Below, piece by piece: positions 29,743 to 38,788 of a stretch of DNA of 64,000 bases (position 1 is its first letter; each line of letters begins with the position of its first letter). This stretch comes from Candidatus Heimdallarchaeota archaeon (lineage in GTDB: Archaea > Asgardarchaeota > Heimdallarchaeia > Heimdallarchaeales > Heimdallarchaeaceae). The position numbers and the translations under genes were made by a program. The DNA lies in the NCBI GenBank assembly GCA_030611665.1, contig JAUWPI010000001.1:97-64096 (forward strand), read 5' to 3'. Under the pieces are notes generated by a model, which had not been told where the DNA came from, ran no database searches, and worked only from the letters and a program-made list of their open reading frames with translations.

Positions 29743-30390
29743 CTAAGTTATCCGTAATTTTGCTTTGCATGCTGGGCAATTTCCACTCATTTTCACCCAT
29801 TCATACAAATGATTTTTGTGATAAGCAATATCACAAGAGGGACAACGGATGATATCTTCTGGGTTAAGGATAAACTGAAGACAAATAGAACAAGTTATCT
29901 TTACATCAGAATCTGTAACAAGATTATATTCAGGCGATGCTGCTCTAAAATTCACAGAATAGTAAGTTTCAGGTGAATACTTAACAGCGTTATTTTCAAT
30001 AACAGTATATTTTTCGGATGCTACAACAATATCTTCCTCTTTCTGATTCTTCTTTTTCACAAATCTGACTACAACCCAAAGAATTGTTACAGTACACATT
30101 GAAGTATAAATTACAATGAGAAGATACCCAATAATGCCTATAGGATTGATTGGAGGGATAGGTGGGTATGGATCAGGTAAGATTGGTTCCTGTTTTTCCC
30201 AGAGAAAACTTGCATGGGAATGGAATGTATCTAGAGGAGTTTCATCTAGATTTGCATCTCCTATTGAGAGAAAGATTCTTGCCGTATTCTCCAATTGCTC
30301 ATGATCATAGAACAGCTTAAAGTTTACTAAACTGTCATTTCTTTCAATGGGGCAATTAAAACTGATTTTGTACCATAGATGTGGTTTCAA
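29743..30390 (-). CDS. Single-pass membrane protein with C-terminal RING/PHD-like cross-brace zinc finger
   Basis: C-terminal CSIC-x12-CPSC-x4-HKNH-x10-CPAC (C4H2C2 spacing), a central TM helix, and a Pro-rich juxtamembrane segment. Start codon is non-ATG as predicted. Confidence 0.5.
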   Translation of the reverse strand: MKPHLWYKISFNCPIERNDSLVNFKLFYDHEQLENTARIFLSIGDANLDETPLDTFHSHASFLWEKQEPILPDPYPPIPPINPIGIIGYLLIVIYTSMCTVTILWVVVRFVKKKNQKEEDIVVASEKYTVIENNAVKYSPETYYSVNFRAASPEYNLVTDSDVKITCSICLQFILNPEDIIRCPSCDIAYHKNHLYEWVKMSGNCPACKAKLRIT

Positions 30391-30393
30391 ACC

Positions 30394-31053
30394 TTATTCA
30401 AAATTCAATGTTTCTACAATGTTTCTTTCTAAACTGAAATTCCCTACAAAGTTATTGTATATTTGATCATCAACCGTTCCAAATAGAACAGAGTACTCAA
30501 TATCTGTCCACTCTTGAGTGGTCACTTGTATAACCATTTTATCAATGCTAGAATAGTATTCTGCAAAGCGTTCAATTCCAAAATAGATTTTTTCTAAGTT
30601 GTTTATAGATATGTCATAAGTCCATATTGGAATGTTATTTTCGATTTGCCAACGGAAGTCAACGATGTCAATGTTGAGTGCAGAGAATACAATCTGATAA
30701 ACTCCTGTAATAGCAAGTTCTGAAGTGAAGTGATGATCTACTTTATCTCCATACAATATAAGCCAGCTTTTTACGATTTCTTCAGTAACGTCATCTTTTA
30801 TCTCAATTAACAATCCTTGATATCCAGAGCCTACAGTAGTATACCATGTATCACATTGAATATTAATGTTCAATTCCTCTCCATCAACAAAAACATAAAC
30901 TAAAGAGTTATTGTGCTCATAATCAACTCTTTCGAAAAATAACTCTCCTATAATTTCGTTAATTTGGCCATTAGCTTGCAATGTATGTACATTGGTAAAT
31001 ACAACAAATAGCGTCATTAAAAAAAAGAAGGAGAGGGATTTTGATAGTTTCAT
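30394..31053 (-). CDS. Secreted protein, hypothetical
   Basis: Signal peptide MKLSKSLSFFFLMTLFVVFTNVHTLQA. Confidence 0.4.
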   Translation of the reverse strand: MKLSKSLSFFFLMTLFVVFTNVHTLQANGQINEIIGELFFERVDYEHNNSLVYVFVDGEELNINIQCDTWYTTVGSGYQGLLIEIKDDVTEEIVKSWLILYGDKVDHHFTSELAITGVYQIVFSALNIDIVDFRWQIENNIPIWTYDISINNLEKIYFGIERFAEYYSSIDKMVIQVTTQEWTDIEYSVLFGTVDDQIYNNFVGNFSLERNIVETLNFE

Positions 31054-31057
31054 TTTA

Positions 31058-33178
31058 TCACTTTCTCTGTTTTTTTCTTAGAATGATAATACTAGCAATA
31101 CCTAGTATTGATATAAACAGTGGCCAAAATGCCGCTTCTGTCACTCCATAAAAATGCCCCCAGGGATCATAGAGATCATCATATGTAAAGGTGATAAAGA
31201 CATCTCCTGTGTGATAAGTTGCAAAGATTAATACATAACAAGTGATATTTGGTAAAACAACCTCTGAACTACCTTTGATAAGAAGTTCCCATGTCTCAGC
31301 ATCAAAGACTAAAATGCTTGTTTGAACTAGTTGAGAATCTGCAACTATACTGCGTTCTCTAGTTTCATTTATTCTGTTATCTAATTCATATAGAAAAACG
31401 TCTTCGACTCCAAGAAGCCTGTTTATTTCTTGTCCAAATTCTAAGGTTCCCTTGAGAACATTTACCACATGAATTTCAACGTATTCGGATGAGACAAACG
31501 ATACTTTTACTGTGTGTTCAGATTCAATATTAAAACTTGTAACTGTACAATTGCTTTGATTAACTATAATGATTGATTCATCTATATCAGCTGCAAGAAT
31601 ATCAAATCCTACATTAGTTTCTGAAAAAACTATTGCTGTGGAATTCTCTTGAATCCCTCTTAATTCTCCATCTTCTGCCCCTATTAGTTTCAAGGTGATT
31701 TGCTGATATGGTACTAATACAAGCTCTCTTTTGTTACCCACGTATAATTTAGAAGACTCTTCTGCAGACAATAAATCAATAGTATAAATTTCCGAAAGAA
31801 TATCATTACCTAACCAATCCTCTGTATAAACTTGGTAATATAGAAATTCTTCATCTTCTGTGAAGACCAAAGATAATAGAAATGTATCATTAGCAATATG
31901 AGTTGCATTAGTTGTTGTCCAAAAACTAACATTACTGAATTTGTAATATATTTCTACAAATGGTATTCCTGTTATATCTTTTATCTCAAACAAGACATTA
32001 ACAATCTTCTCATCAGTGAAGAAATCCTCACTGAAATATTCCCAAGTATCAATTTCTGGAGGTAAATCATCAATCAGTACGATAAAGGTTAATTCTCTAT
32101 ATTCTCTAATATCTTCGTGATTAAGATGGCTTAGAGATACATCTATCTTAAGATTTAACTCTACTGAATATTTTACGACCAATTCTCCGATAATGTCTGG
32201 GAGATCACTAGTTTGTGGTTCATCTCCACCTAGAACTATGAATGTTCCAGCTGTTGTTTCTGCAGCAATTTCTAGTTGTCGAAGTGTTAATGCATCTGCA
32301 CCACTTGCAGCTACTGTACACAAAATAAATCCTTGAGATTCCAAACTAGCAAATAATTCATAAAGAAGCTCCCCATCATAGTCATCTGTTCCACCATAAC
32401 CAATAACATTTCCTCCATCACAAGGCTCATCAGTAATGAGGACTATTAACTTCACAGCACCTTCTCTCCAGTTTAATCTGTTTTGAGCAACCCACAAAGC
32501 GTCTCCCCAAGGTTCGTGACCACCACCTGCGACTGTATTACTAAGAACATCGACTATGATGGATATGTCCTCAGTTAGAGGAGTAACAAGAGAATCATCA
32601 TTGTAAGGATTGGAAGAAGATCCTCCAAAGAGTATTAACCCAGTTTGTAAATCCTGAACATCATCACTAATCTGATTGACTACTCCAACTAAATCATCGG
32701 TAAGTATAGAAATTTCATCGCCCATTGAACCTGATTGATCGAGAATTATGGCTAAATCTAGTGGTTTTGACACAACTGTACTGGAAGAAATGAGATCGAT
32801 AATGTATCCTTCGGATAACCAAGATTCATCCTGTTCTAAACTACTTGTTGTAGAAACTGTTGGGTTCATGATGAATCCATATTCATTAGTAGAAATTGAT
32901 AATTCTAGAAAATTTAAATCAATATTGGATAAGTTTGTCACATTAAATTGAGCTGTAAATGATCCATCTGGCAATATGCTAGGAATTTTGTCCTCTCTAT
33001 GTGAAGGAAGGTCACTTATCATCTCAACTGTTACGTTATGTAAAATATTTGTATCTTCTTCAGAGGTCTGAATCACTACATTTTCAGACTCCTGTATTCC
33101 ATTAACTCGAATGCTTGACAAAAGTAAACTACCAAGCACCAATACTAAAATCACTATGCTTTTTTTATTCAATTTCAT
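31058..33178 (-). CDS. Large secreted vWA-domain protein with C-terminal membrane anchor
   Basis: Signal peptide, vWA MIDAS motif DLAIILDQSGSMGDE, and a C-terminal TM helix plus RKKQRK. Confidence 0.6.
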   Translation of the reverse strand: MKLNKKSIVILVLVLGSLLLSSIRVNGIQESENVVIQTSEEDTNILHNVTVEMISDLPSHREDKIPSILPDGSFTAQFNVTNLSNIDLNFLELSISTNEYGFIMNPTVSTTSSLEQDESWLSEGYIIDLISSSTVVSKPLDLAIILDQSGSMGDEISILTDDLVGVVNQISDDVQDLQTGLILFGGSSSNPYNDDSLVTPLTEDISIIVDVLSNTVAGGGHEPWGDALWVAQNRLNWREGAVKLIVLITDEPCDGGNVIGYGGTDDYDGELLYELFASLESQGFILCTVAASGADALTLRQLEIAAETTAGTFIVLGGDEPQTSDLPDIIGELVVKYSVELNLKIDVSLSHLNHEDIREYRELTFIVLIDDLPPEIDTWEYFSEDFFTDEKIVNVLFEIKDITGIPFVEIYYKFSNVSFWTTTNATHIANDTFLLSLVFTEDEEFLYYQVYTEDWLGNDILSEIYTIDLLSAEESSKLYVGNKRELVLVPYQQITLKLIGAEDGELRGIQENSTAIVFSETNVGFDILAADIDESIIIVNQSNCTVTSFNIESEHTVKVSFVSSEYVEIHVVNVLKGTLEFGQEINRLLGVEDVFLYELDNRINETRERSIVADSQLVQTSILVFDAETWELLIKGSSEVVLPNITCYVLIFATYHTGDVFITFTYDDLYDPWGHFYGVTEAAFWPLFISILGIASIIILRKKQRK

Positions 33179-33303
33179 TGTATATCAATATATCATTATA
33201 CTGCACACTATTTAAACTTTGTTCTAAATAGGAATTTCCTTTATATATCAATATGTCGCAATATGTAGAAATCTTTATAATTCAGTAAGTTGTATCATAA
33301 TTA
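33179..33303. promoter_or_regulatory. Divergent AT-rich promoter region with a repeated tatatcaatat motif and TATA-like elements
   Basis: Two copies of atatcaatat at ~33181 and ~33243, with ctttataat ~30 nt upstream of the ATG at 33304. Confidence 0.3.
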
Positions 33304-33654
33304 ATGGAAGAAAAATACTTAAAAAAAATGGTTGATTTACTAGAACAGATGAACAACCGACTTAAGAGTATAGAGTCAAAATTGTCTCCTGAGACAGTTC
33401 CAATGTCATCACTAGATTTGCTAACAAAAATACCTAAATCTCATTTACAAACCTATTTTACAGTTCAATCGCTTGAAGAAGCTACTTGTTCAGAAATTGC
33501 TGAAGTTACAGAGAGATCCCATAATTTAGAATCACGATACCTTAGGAGATTGAAAGACATCGGTGTTTTACAAAGCAAAAGAGTCCCTGTATCAGATTCT
33601 GGAGAGGATTGGAAAGGAACAGAAGTTAAATACTTTTTAGGAGAAAGTGATTAG
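33304..33654 (+). CDS. Small winged-helix protein (putative ParA partner/adaptor)
   Basis: Coiled-coil N-terminus plus an HTH-like CSEIAEVTERSHNLESRYLRRLKDIGVL segment; overlaps the start of the ParA gene. Confidence 0.4.
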   Translation: MEEKYLKKMVDLLEQMNNRLKSIESKLSPETVPMSSLDLLTKIPKSHLQTYFTVQSLEEATCSEIAEVTERSHNLESRYLRRLKDIGVLQSKRVPVSDSGEDWKGTEVKYFLGESD

Positions 33655-33655
33655 G

Positions 33656-34417
33656 ATGAGAACAGTATGTGTACATAGTTATAAGGGTGGAACTGGTAAA
33701 ACCACATTTCTATTGAACATTGCAGGCATATTAGCAAAACAAGAAAAAAAAGTTCTAGCAGTCGATTATGATCTTCGAGCTCCATCATTTCAGTCATATT
33801 TTAAAATGACAAAACAATCCTTCCTATCTCATTATTTGCTTGAAGAAAAAATATTGGGAGATATAATATTCCCTTGCAAGATAGATGAAAAAGCTAATCT
33901 AGATTTGATATTCTCATCTATGGAGTTCTTGAAACAGCACTCAAAACAACGAGATAAATTGTCACGTGATGATGCAAAATATTTAGCAAAAATGTTCAAT
34001 TTGCAGAAGAATATTGAGGCAAATTATGATTTTATGCTCATTGATACAATTCCAGGATTCTTTTATCGCTCAATAGATTCATTGATGATTTCTGATGTAA
34101 TATTACTTATTGCAACACCTAGTACTTCAAATGTTCTGGGTATAGAAGAATTATGTAGCAATATATACAATTTGCTACAAAAAGACACTAAAATGATACT
34201 CATAATAAATAAGATAGAAGAAGAAGGAGTTGAAGCCGACAAAGAAATCTTTGAAGAAAATCTTGCTAAATTACGAAAAATAGGGAAAGACAAATTTAGC
34301 AAAGTGGTTGAAGTACCTTATTTTAACATATTAAGTGAAAGAATTCATGCATTTGAAGAACAACCACAAGAAGAGTTTCTAAATTCGCTTCAAGATATAA
34401 TAGAACTATTAGAATAA
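33656..34417 (+). CDS. ParA/MinD family P-loop ATPase
   Basis: Deviant Walker A KGGTGKTT, with DYDLRAP and LIDTIPG motifs; ATG at 33656. Confidence 0.75.
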   Translation: MRTVCVHSYKGGTGKTTFLLNIAGILAKQEKKVLAVDYDLRAPSFQSYFKMTKQSFLSHYLLEEKILGDIIFPCKIDEKANLDLIFSSMEFLKQHSKQRDKLSRDDAKYLAKMFNLQKNIEANYDFMLIDTIPGFFYRSIDSLMISDVILLIATPSTSNVLGIEELCSNIYNLLQKDTKMILIINKIEEEGVEADKEIFEENLAKLRKIGKDKFSKVVEVPYFNILSERIHAFEEQPQEEFLNSLQDIIELLE

Positions 34418-34426
34418 AGGTGGAAT

Positions 34427-35788
34427 ATGAAAAGACAAGAACTTGATGACTCTTTAGCTGAGATTGAAAAAGCAAGGGAATACTTGAAAGATTCTCAGAA
34501 AAATCTTGCTAGATTAAAGAGTGGTAAAGGAGTAAAAAGAAAGTACCGTTTTCTGTTGCAAGAAAATAAAATTCTAGTGATACTCCTCTCACTTTTACTC
34601 ATATTATCTATCGTTCTACCTGTTGTTTTCCTCAGACCAGATCCAATTATTAGAGATTCTATGCAAGAACATGTTGATACTACACTCAATCTGATATTCA
34701 CTAATTTTACCGACAATACTGGATTACCAATTGTTAACGAGACCCTACAAACTCCATCCTCTGAGCTACTCATCCTCTCCTCTCTGACATATGCATTGAT
34801 AGCTCAAGCAGGATTTGAGCATGATCAAGAAGATTTTCAAATCAAGGTTTCTCAAATTATCAATGCTTTGGAGAATGATACTTTTGTTACATATGATAAC
34901 CGAAGTGAACCTTTACCAATCTTCTATCAATTTTTAGGAATTTATGCATTGCTTCAAAGTCGTCTTATTCTAGAAGGAAGCTCAGATTTAATTAGTTCTG
35001 CAATGATACAGAATATTCTTGTAAAAACTCTTGATTCCTATATATCCAATGAGAAAGGGTTAATTATTCAACCAATTAGTAATTCGAGCTATTTAATAGA
35101 TCAATCTATGGCAATCTGGGTACTTGCAACTTATAAACTATTAACTGGAAATAGCTGGGTGCATGGATATTATTTTGAGGGCTTAATCCAAGGTTTGTTA
35201 GACAGTGTATCAGAATTTTTCTTTAATTCTACTTCTTTTATGCTTTATCAAGAATATGATCACTCTGTAAACGAAAGCAGAAATTATGTAGCAGTTGAGG
35301 ATTTACTTTTCTTTACAGTTGCTTTGTCCAGAGCAGAACGATTATACACTTATTTTGAGAGAAGTAGCTCCTATTTTCATCAACAAATAACAAACAATTT
35401 TGTGGATGATGAATGGTTTGTTCATGCCATTAATACTTCTGACACGGAAGTTTATATTAAAAATCAAGCTTTCTTTACCCTGGTGTCTTATTTGATGAAC
35501 CTTAGGAATGTAGGAAGTGAAGTACAAAATAAAATTACAGAAAGCTTTTCGATGAATAAAGGTTTTATTGAGAAGGTTGGTGAGGAAGAAATTAATTGTG
35601 AATCGTGTCTATATGGTTTGATGGCTCTTGCTAGCACGAATTGGAGTGTAATAGAGAACGAACGAGAGTATGTAAATGTTGTAACACAAGCTACTTTATC
35701 TCCCTTTATTACAATTTTCACAACATTTATGATGGTTCTAATAATCAAGGTTTGGAGAAGAAAACTAATAGTAAAAAGAAGATGGTGA
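34427..35788 (+). CDS. Membrane protein with N-terminal coiled coil, large extracytoplasmic domain and C-terminal TM helix
   Basis: 453-aa ORF with an RBS-like aaggtgg upstream, an N-terminal TM helix after the coiled coil, and a C-terminal TM helix plus a basic tail. Confidence 0.4.
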   Translation: MKRQELDDSLAEIEKAREYLKDSQKNLARLKSGKGVKRKYRFLLQENKILVILLSLLLILSIVLPVVFLRPDPIIRDSMQEHVDTTLNLIFTNFTDNTGLPIVNETLQTPSSELLILSSLTYALIAQAGFEHDQEDFQIKVSQIINALENDTFVTYDNRSEPLPIFYQFLGIYALLQSRLILEGSSDLISSAMIQNILVKTLDSYISNEKGLIIQPISNSSYLIDQSMAIWVLATYKLLTGNSWVHGYYFEGLIQGLLDSVSEFFFNSTSFMLYQEYDHSVNESRNYVAVEDLLFFTVALSRAERLYTYFERSSSYFHQQITNNFVDDEWFVHAINTSDTEVYIKNQAFFTLVSYLMNLRNVGSEVQNKITESFSMNKGFIEKVGEEEINCESCLYGLMALASTNWSVIENEREYVNVVTQATLSPFITIFTTFMMVLIIKVWRRKLIVKRRW

Positions 35789-35924
35789 CCGAGACAAGAT
35801 TCGAACTCGCGACCACGTGCAATTTGGTTTCACTAAGAGATGTCTTAATGATAATCCCCAAGCACGCATCCTACCACTCTAGCCCGCTAGGAAGCCTCCT
35901 AGTGAGTAACTAGACTACCCGGTC
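35782..35924 (-). tRNA. tRNA-Pro (anticodon GGG) with two putative introns (D-loop and anticodon loop); CCA encoded
   Basis: On the minus strand: acceptor GACCGGG/CTCGGTC, discriminator A plus CCA, T-arm GCGAG-TTCGAAT-CTTGT, anticodon stem CGTGC/GCACG, and loop TTGGGG(A). A ~34-nt insert sits at 37/38 and a ~30-nt insert in the D-loop between the GTCT/GGAT stems. Folded by hand only. Confidence 0.5.
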
Positions 35925-36038
35925 TTTTTGTTTCTTGGCCTAACTTCACAAGGTTGATTTTAAGCTTTTCTATTTATTGCTAGATATATTTTTATGATAG
36001 ACTGTAGTATTGTAAATAAGAAAAAAGAGGTATAATAT

Positions 36039-37841
36039 ATGAAAAGAAAAATATTTTATTATAATGCAATAATTTTAATCTCAATTTTTGTTGTAATGAA
36101 CTTTGCTCCGGTTAACATTCAATCTGCAACATCTGGGGGTGTAGATGAGCAATTTGACTCAACTACCTATCAAGACACTTACAACTCTAATGTTACTGGA
36201 TGGGGAACAGGTCAAATTGAACTTCCTTGCAAAAATCCTGTATTTCAAGATTCAATCAAAGTTTGTACAACTACAAGTAGTGTAACTGTAGATGGAAATT
36301 ACGCCTACTTAAGTGGTGTTTATGATGGTTTTTATATAGTAGATATTTCAACACCAACTGATTTGAGCTTAGCAGGTTATTACAATGATTCCATAGAAAT
36401 GAATTGGGTTTATGGCAACGTCATTCAAAACAATATAGCATATCTAGCAAATGGTGCTGATGGATTATTCATTCTCAATATAACAGACAAAGCCAATCCT
36501 GTAAAACTTGGGGAAGTAGATTTACCTTCGACATCTTTAGATATAAAAATTCAAGGCACACATGCATACCTTCCTATTTATACTGGAGGACTTAGAGTAG
36601 TCGATATATCCGATCCTACCAATCCTTCTGATGTTTCAGGTGGTGTAATAAGTACTACCTCTGATGCGAACGGAGTAGCAATTTCAGGAAATTATCTTTA
36701 TGTTGCTGTGATTCATGCTGGATTAGATGTTTTTGATATTACAACTCCCTCTAGTCCCGTGTATGTTGGTAATGTAGATCTAGATGGATATGCAAAGAAA
36801 GTAGAAATTTCTGGAAACTATGCTTATGTTGCCTGTGATTTAGGTGGTCTACAAATTGTCGACATTTCAGACCCAACTAATATGAGTCGAGTAAATTGGC
36901 TTGATGATAACACTCGTTATTATGGACTTACAATAGATGGATCACTTGTTTATGTTACAGGTAGGTCTGGCATGAGTGATAACATGATGCGAATTTATGA
37001 TATTAGTGACCCTATCAATCCCATTCAGAAGGGATTTTATGTTCTTTCTAATCCTGGTTACGATGTTTCTATTTCTGGTGATTATGCTTACGTTGCTGCA
37101 TCAAGTTCAGGTTTATATTCTTTAAAAATAGCTGAAACCGGTACTCATTTTAGTGAATACTATTCTCCTTATTCTGTAGCTCAATCTACAACAATGTTAT
37201 TCACAGCTGTTGGTGAGATTATCACTAAAGCTACTTTCTATACTTCAGATTCTTCTGATTCTGATACCTCTATAAATTACTATTACTCTGCTGATGGAGG
37301 TATTAACTGGGAATCAGCTGCTATTGGTGTTGAGCATACATTTGTAAATCCAGGTAGATATTTGAAATGGAAAGCTGAATTGAGTACTATTAATGTATCT
37401 ACTTCTCCCGTAGTTTGGTATATAGCAATTGATTATACAACGATTGACGTTGAATTAGAACTTTTGTATCCCGAATTTGAATCTTATATTCAGGATCAAA
37501 CACCTAATTTTAATTGGACAGACATTCCAGGTGCAATGGGTTACCTTCTTCAGGTATCAAATTCTTCAGGATTTACCAATCTAATAGTTAATGAAACACT
37601 TATGTTTCATGAGTCAAATTATACACTTACAACACCTTTAGACTATTATGATGAGTATTTCTGGCAGGTTGCATATTACATTGATTTTACAACAATTAGC
37701 CATTTCTATGGCTATAGCTCATTCATAATTGATGAAGAACCTGTTGTACCAGAATTTGGAAATATAGCTAATGTGATTCTTTCTCTAACAATGGTTTCAA
37801 CTTCAATTGTCTTACTGATGAAGAGGCATCGTAGAACTTGA
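36039..37841 (+). CDS. Secreted LVIVD-repeat beta-propeller protein with C-terminal anchor
   Basis: Signal peptide, repeated GNYAYVA...GLxIVDISDPTNP units (LVIVD repeats), and a C-terminal TM helix plus KRHRRT. Confidence 0.55.
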   Translation: MKRKIFYYNAIILISIFVVMNFAPVNIQSATSGGVDEQFDSTTYQDTYNSNVTGWGTGQIELPCKNPVFQDSIKVCTTTSSVTVDGNYAYLSGVYDGFYIVDISTPTDLSLAGYYNDSIEMNWVYGNVIQNNIAYLANGADGLFILNITDKANPVKLGEVDLPSTSLDIKIQGTHAYLPIYTGGLRVVDISDPTNPSDVSGGVISTTSDANGVAISGNYLYVAVIHAGLDVFDITTPSSPVYVGNVDLDGYAKKVEISGNYAYVACDLGGLQIVDISDPTNMSRVNWLDDNTRYYGLTIDGSLVYVTGRSGMSDNMMRIYDISDPINPIQKGFYVLSNPGYDVSISGDYAYVAASSSGLYSLKIAETGTHFSEYYSPYSVAQSTTMLFTAVGEIITKATFYTSDSSDSDTSINYYYSADGGINWESAAIGVEHTFVNPGRYLKWKAELSTINVSTSPVVWYIAIDYTTIDVELELLYPEFESYIQDQTPNFNWTDIPGAMGYLLQVSNSSGFTNLIVNETLMFHESNYTLTTPLDYYDEYFWQVAYYIDFTTISHFYGYSSFIIDEEPVVPEFGNIANVILSLTMVSTSIVLLMKRHRRT

Positions 37842-37933
37842 TTGTAATTAATTACTTTTTCACTTTTTTTCCTTTTCTTTCTATTTATTCTTTTTTACAT
37901 AAAAATATAAAGTACTCAGAAATTATTTTTGTT

Positions 37934-38674
37934 ATGTCAGATAAATTTCTCTTACATGAATTATCTTGGAAGGATATTAAGAATTTAGAACAAGGTACAA
38001 CTGTATTCATCTTACCAGTTGGAAGTACTGAACAACATGGACCCCAAAATCCATTAGGTACAGATTTTCTTATCGCTGAAAAAATTGCTAGAAATGTTGC
38101 AGAAAGTACAATTAATGTTTATTGTCTTCCCACATTACCAATTGGTGTTGCATCGCATCATAGAGATTTTCCCGGGACTTTATGGACATCCCCACAGATA
38201 TTACTGCAATTGGTGAAAGATGTTTTGCATTCAATGCTGCATCATGGATTCAAGAAAATAATTGTTTGCAATGGTCATGGAGGTAACACTTCAGCTATTA
38301 TGCAAGCTATATCAGAATGTAATGATAAAGATGAAATGATATGTCTACTATTCGAATGGTGGAAGGATGAAGAACTAATAAAATCAGTTTTTGGTGTTCC
38401 AAGTGCTGTTCACGCTGATACTGTCGAAACTTCTGTTATATGGGCAGCTGAAGAGTCTCTAGTACAAACGGATAAATTTGATCAATTAACCTCTTCAGAG
38501 GAATGGGGGAGAAAAATTGGTGATTTATATTTCCCATCAAGAACCAAGCAGTTTACTGAATCTGGAATAGCTGGCCCAATTGACGGAATATCAAGAGAAA
38601 AAGGATTGAAAGTTTTAGAAAAAGCTGTTATCAAACTTTCTAACGTTGCAATCGAACTTACGAAATATGTCTAG
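37934..38674 (+). CDS. Creatininase-family amidohydrolase (ArfB-like)
   Basis: Motifs ILPVGSTEQHGP and CNGHGGN; start placed at the ATG at 37934 (MSDKFLL). Confidence 0.7.
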   Translation: MSDKFLLHELSWKDIKNLEQGTTVFILPVGSTEQHGPQNPLGTDFLIAEKIARNVAESTINVYCLPTLPIGVASHHRDFPGTLWTSPQILLQLVKDVLHSMLHHGFKKIIVCNGHGGNTSAIMQAISECNDKDEMICLLFEWWKDEELIKSVFGVPSAVHADTVETSVIWAAEESLVQTDKFDQLTSSEEWGRKIGDLYFPSRTKQFTESGIAGPIDGISREKGLKVLEKAVIKLSNVAIELTKYV

Positions 38675-38788
38675 AAATATGTTTGTAGCTTGCGAGCATT
38701 TTCTTCTTTTTAATGCTATATTTCATGTTTTTGCTACTATTGTTGTAAAAGTTTATAAACACTTAAAGATTCGAAATATTAGTTTAAA

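Noticed and set aside
35641-35913. 90-aa ORF on the plus strand
   Set aside because: It lies entirely over the minus-strand tRNA-Pro gene and its flank, so it is an artefact.
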